DNA of 5,892 nucleotides from a virus (Duplodnaviria; Heunggongvirae; Uroviricota; Caudoviricetes): IMG/VR virus record IMGVR_UViG_2529292735_000014; one strand, 5' to 3'. Shown piece by piece: positions 5,792 to 5,892 of this stretch (position 1 is its first letter; each line of letters starts with the position of its first letter). The notes under the pieces were generated by a model. It saw only the letters and a program-made list of their open reading frames with translations, ran no database searches and was not told where the DNA came from. The position numbers and the translations under genes were made by a program.

Positions 5792-5892
5792 ATCGTCCAG
5801 GCGTTCGCGTCCGGCAAGGGGAGCGATAACCCTGTGTCAGCCAGCGGTGAGCGGTGCGCTCCAGACGTTCGAATATTTTGCGCAGGTTTCCG

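Overview
This window reads as the cos-proximal junction of a P2-like (Peduovirus-type) phage or prophage. On the + strand is the 3' portion of a portal (gpQ-like) gene (3..976), followed by a ~620 bp non-coding region rich in hairpins and phased short repeats, where cos is expected. On the - strand is the rolling-circle replication initiator gene A (3431..5791, P2 gpA family). Immediately downstream of A, in the A-to-cos interval that holds tin/old in P2 and is a known variable cargo hotspot, sits a compact three-gene module: a ParM/StbA-like actin-fold ATPase (2439..3398), a ParR/StbB-like small protein (2123..2434) translationally coupled to it, and an AT-richer 154-aa zinc-ribbon hypothetical gene (1596..2060) flanked by two copies of the same palindrome. 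This par-like cargo in the hotspot is the most interesting candidate for an undescribed accessory system (plasmid-like maintenance, or partition-interference/exclusion). Both conserved phage genes show reading-frame anomalies at G homopolymer runs (portal: frame switch between 650 and 737; A: in-frame stop at 5837..5839 and a TTG 'start'), so the element may be decaying or the sequence may carry homopolymer errors. All homology statements come from reading the translations and from memory of the families; nothing was searched.
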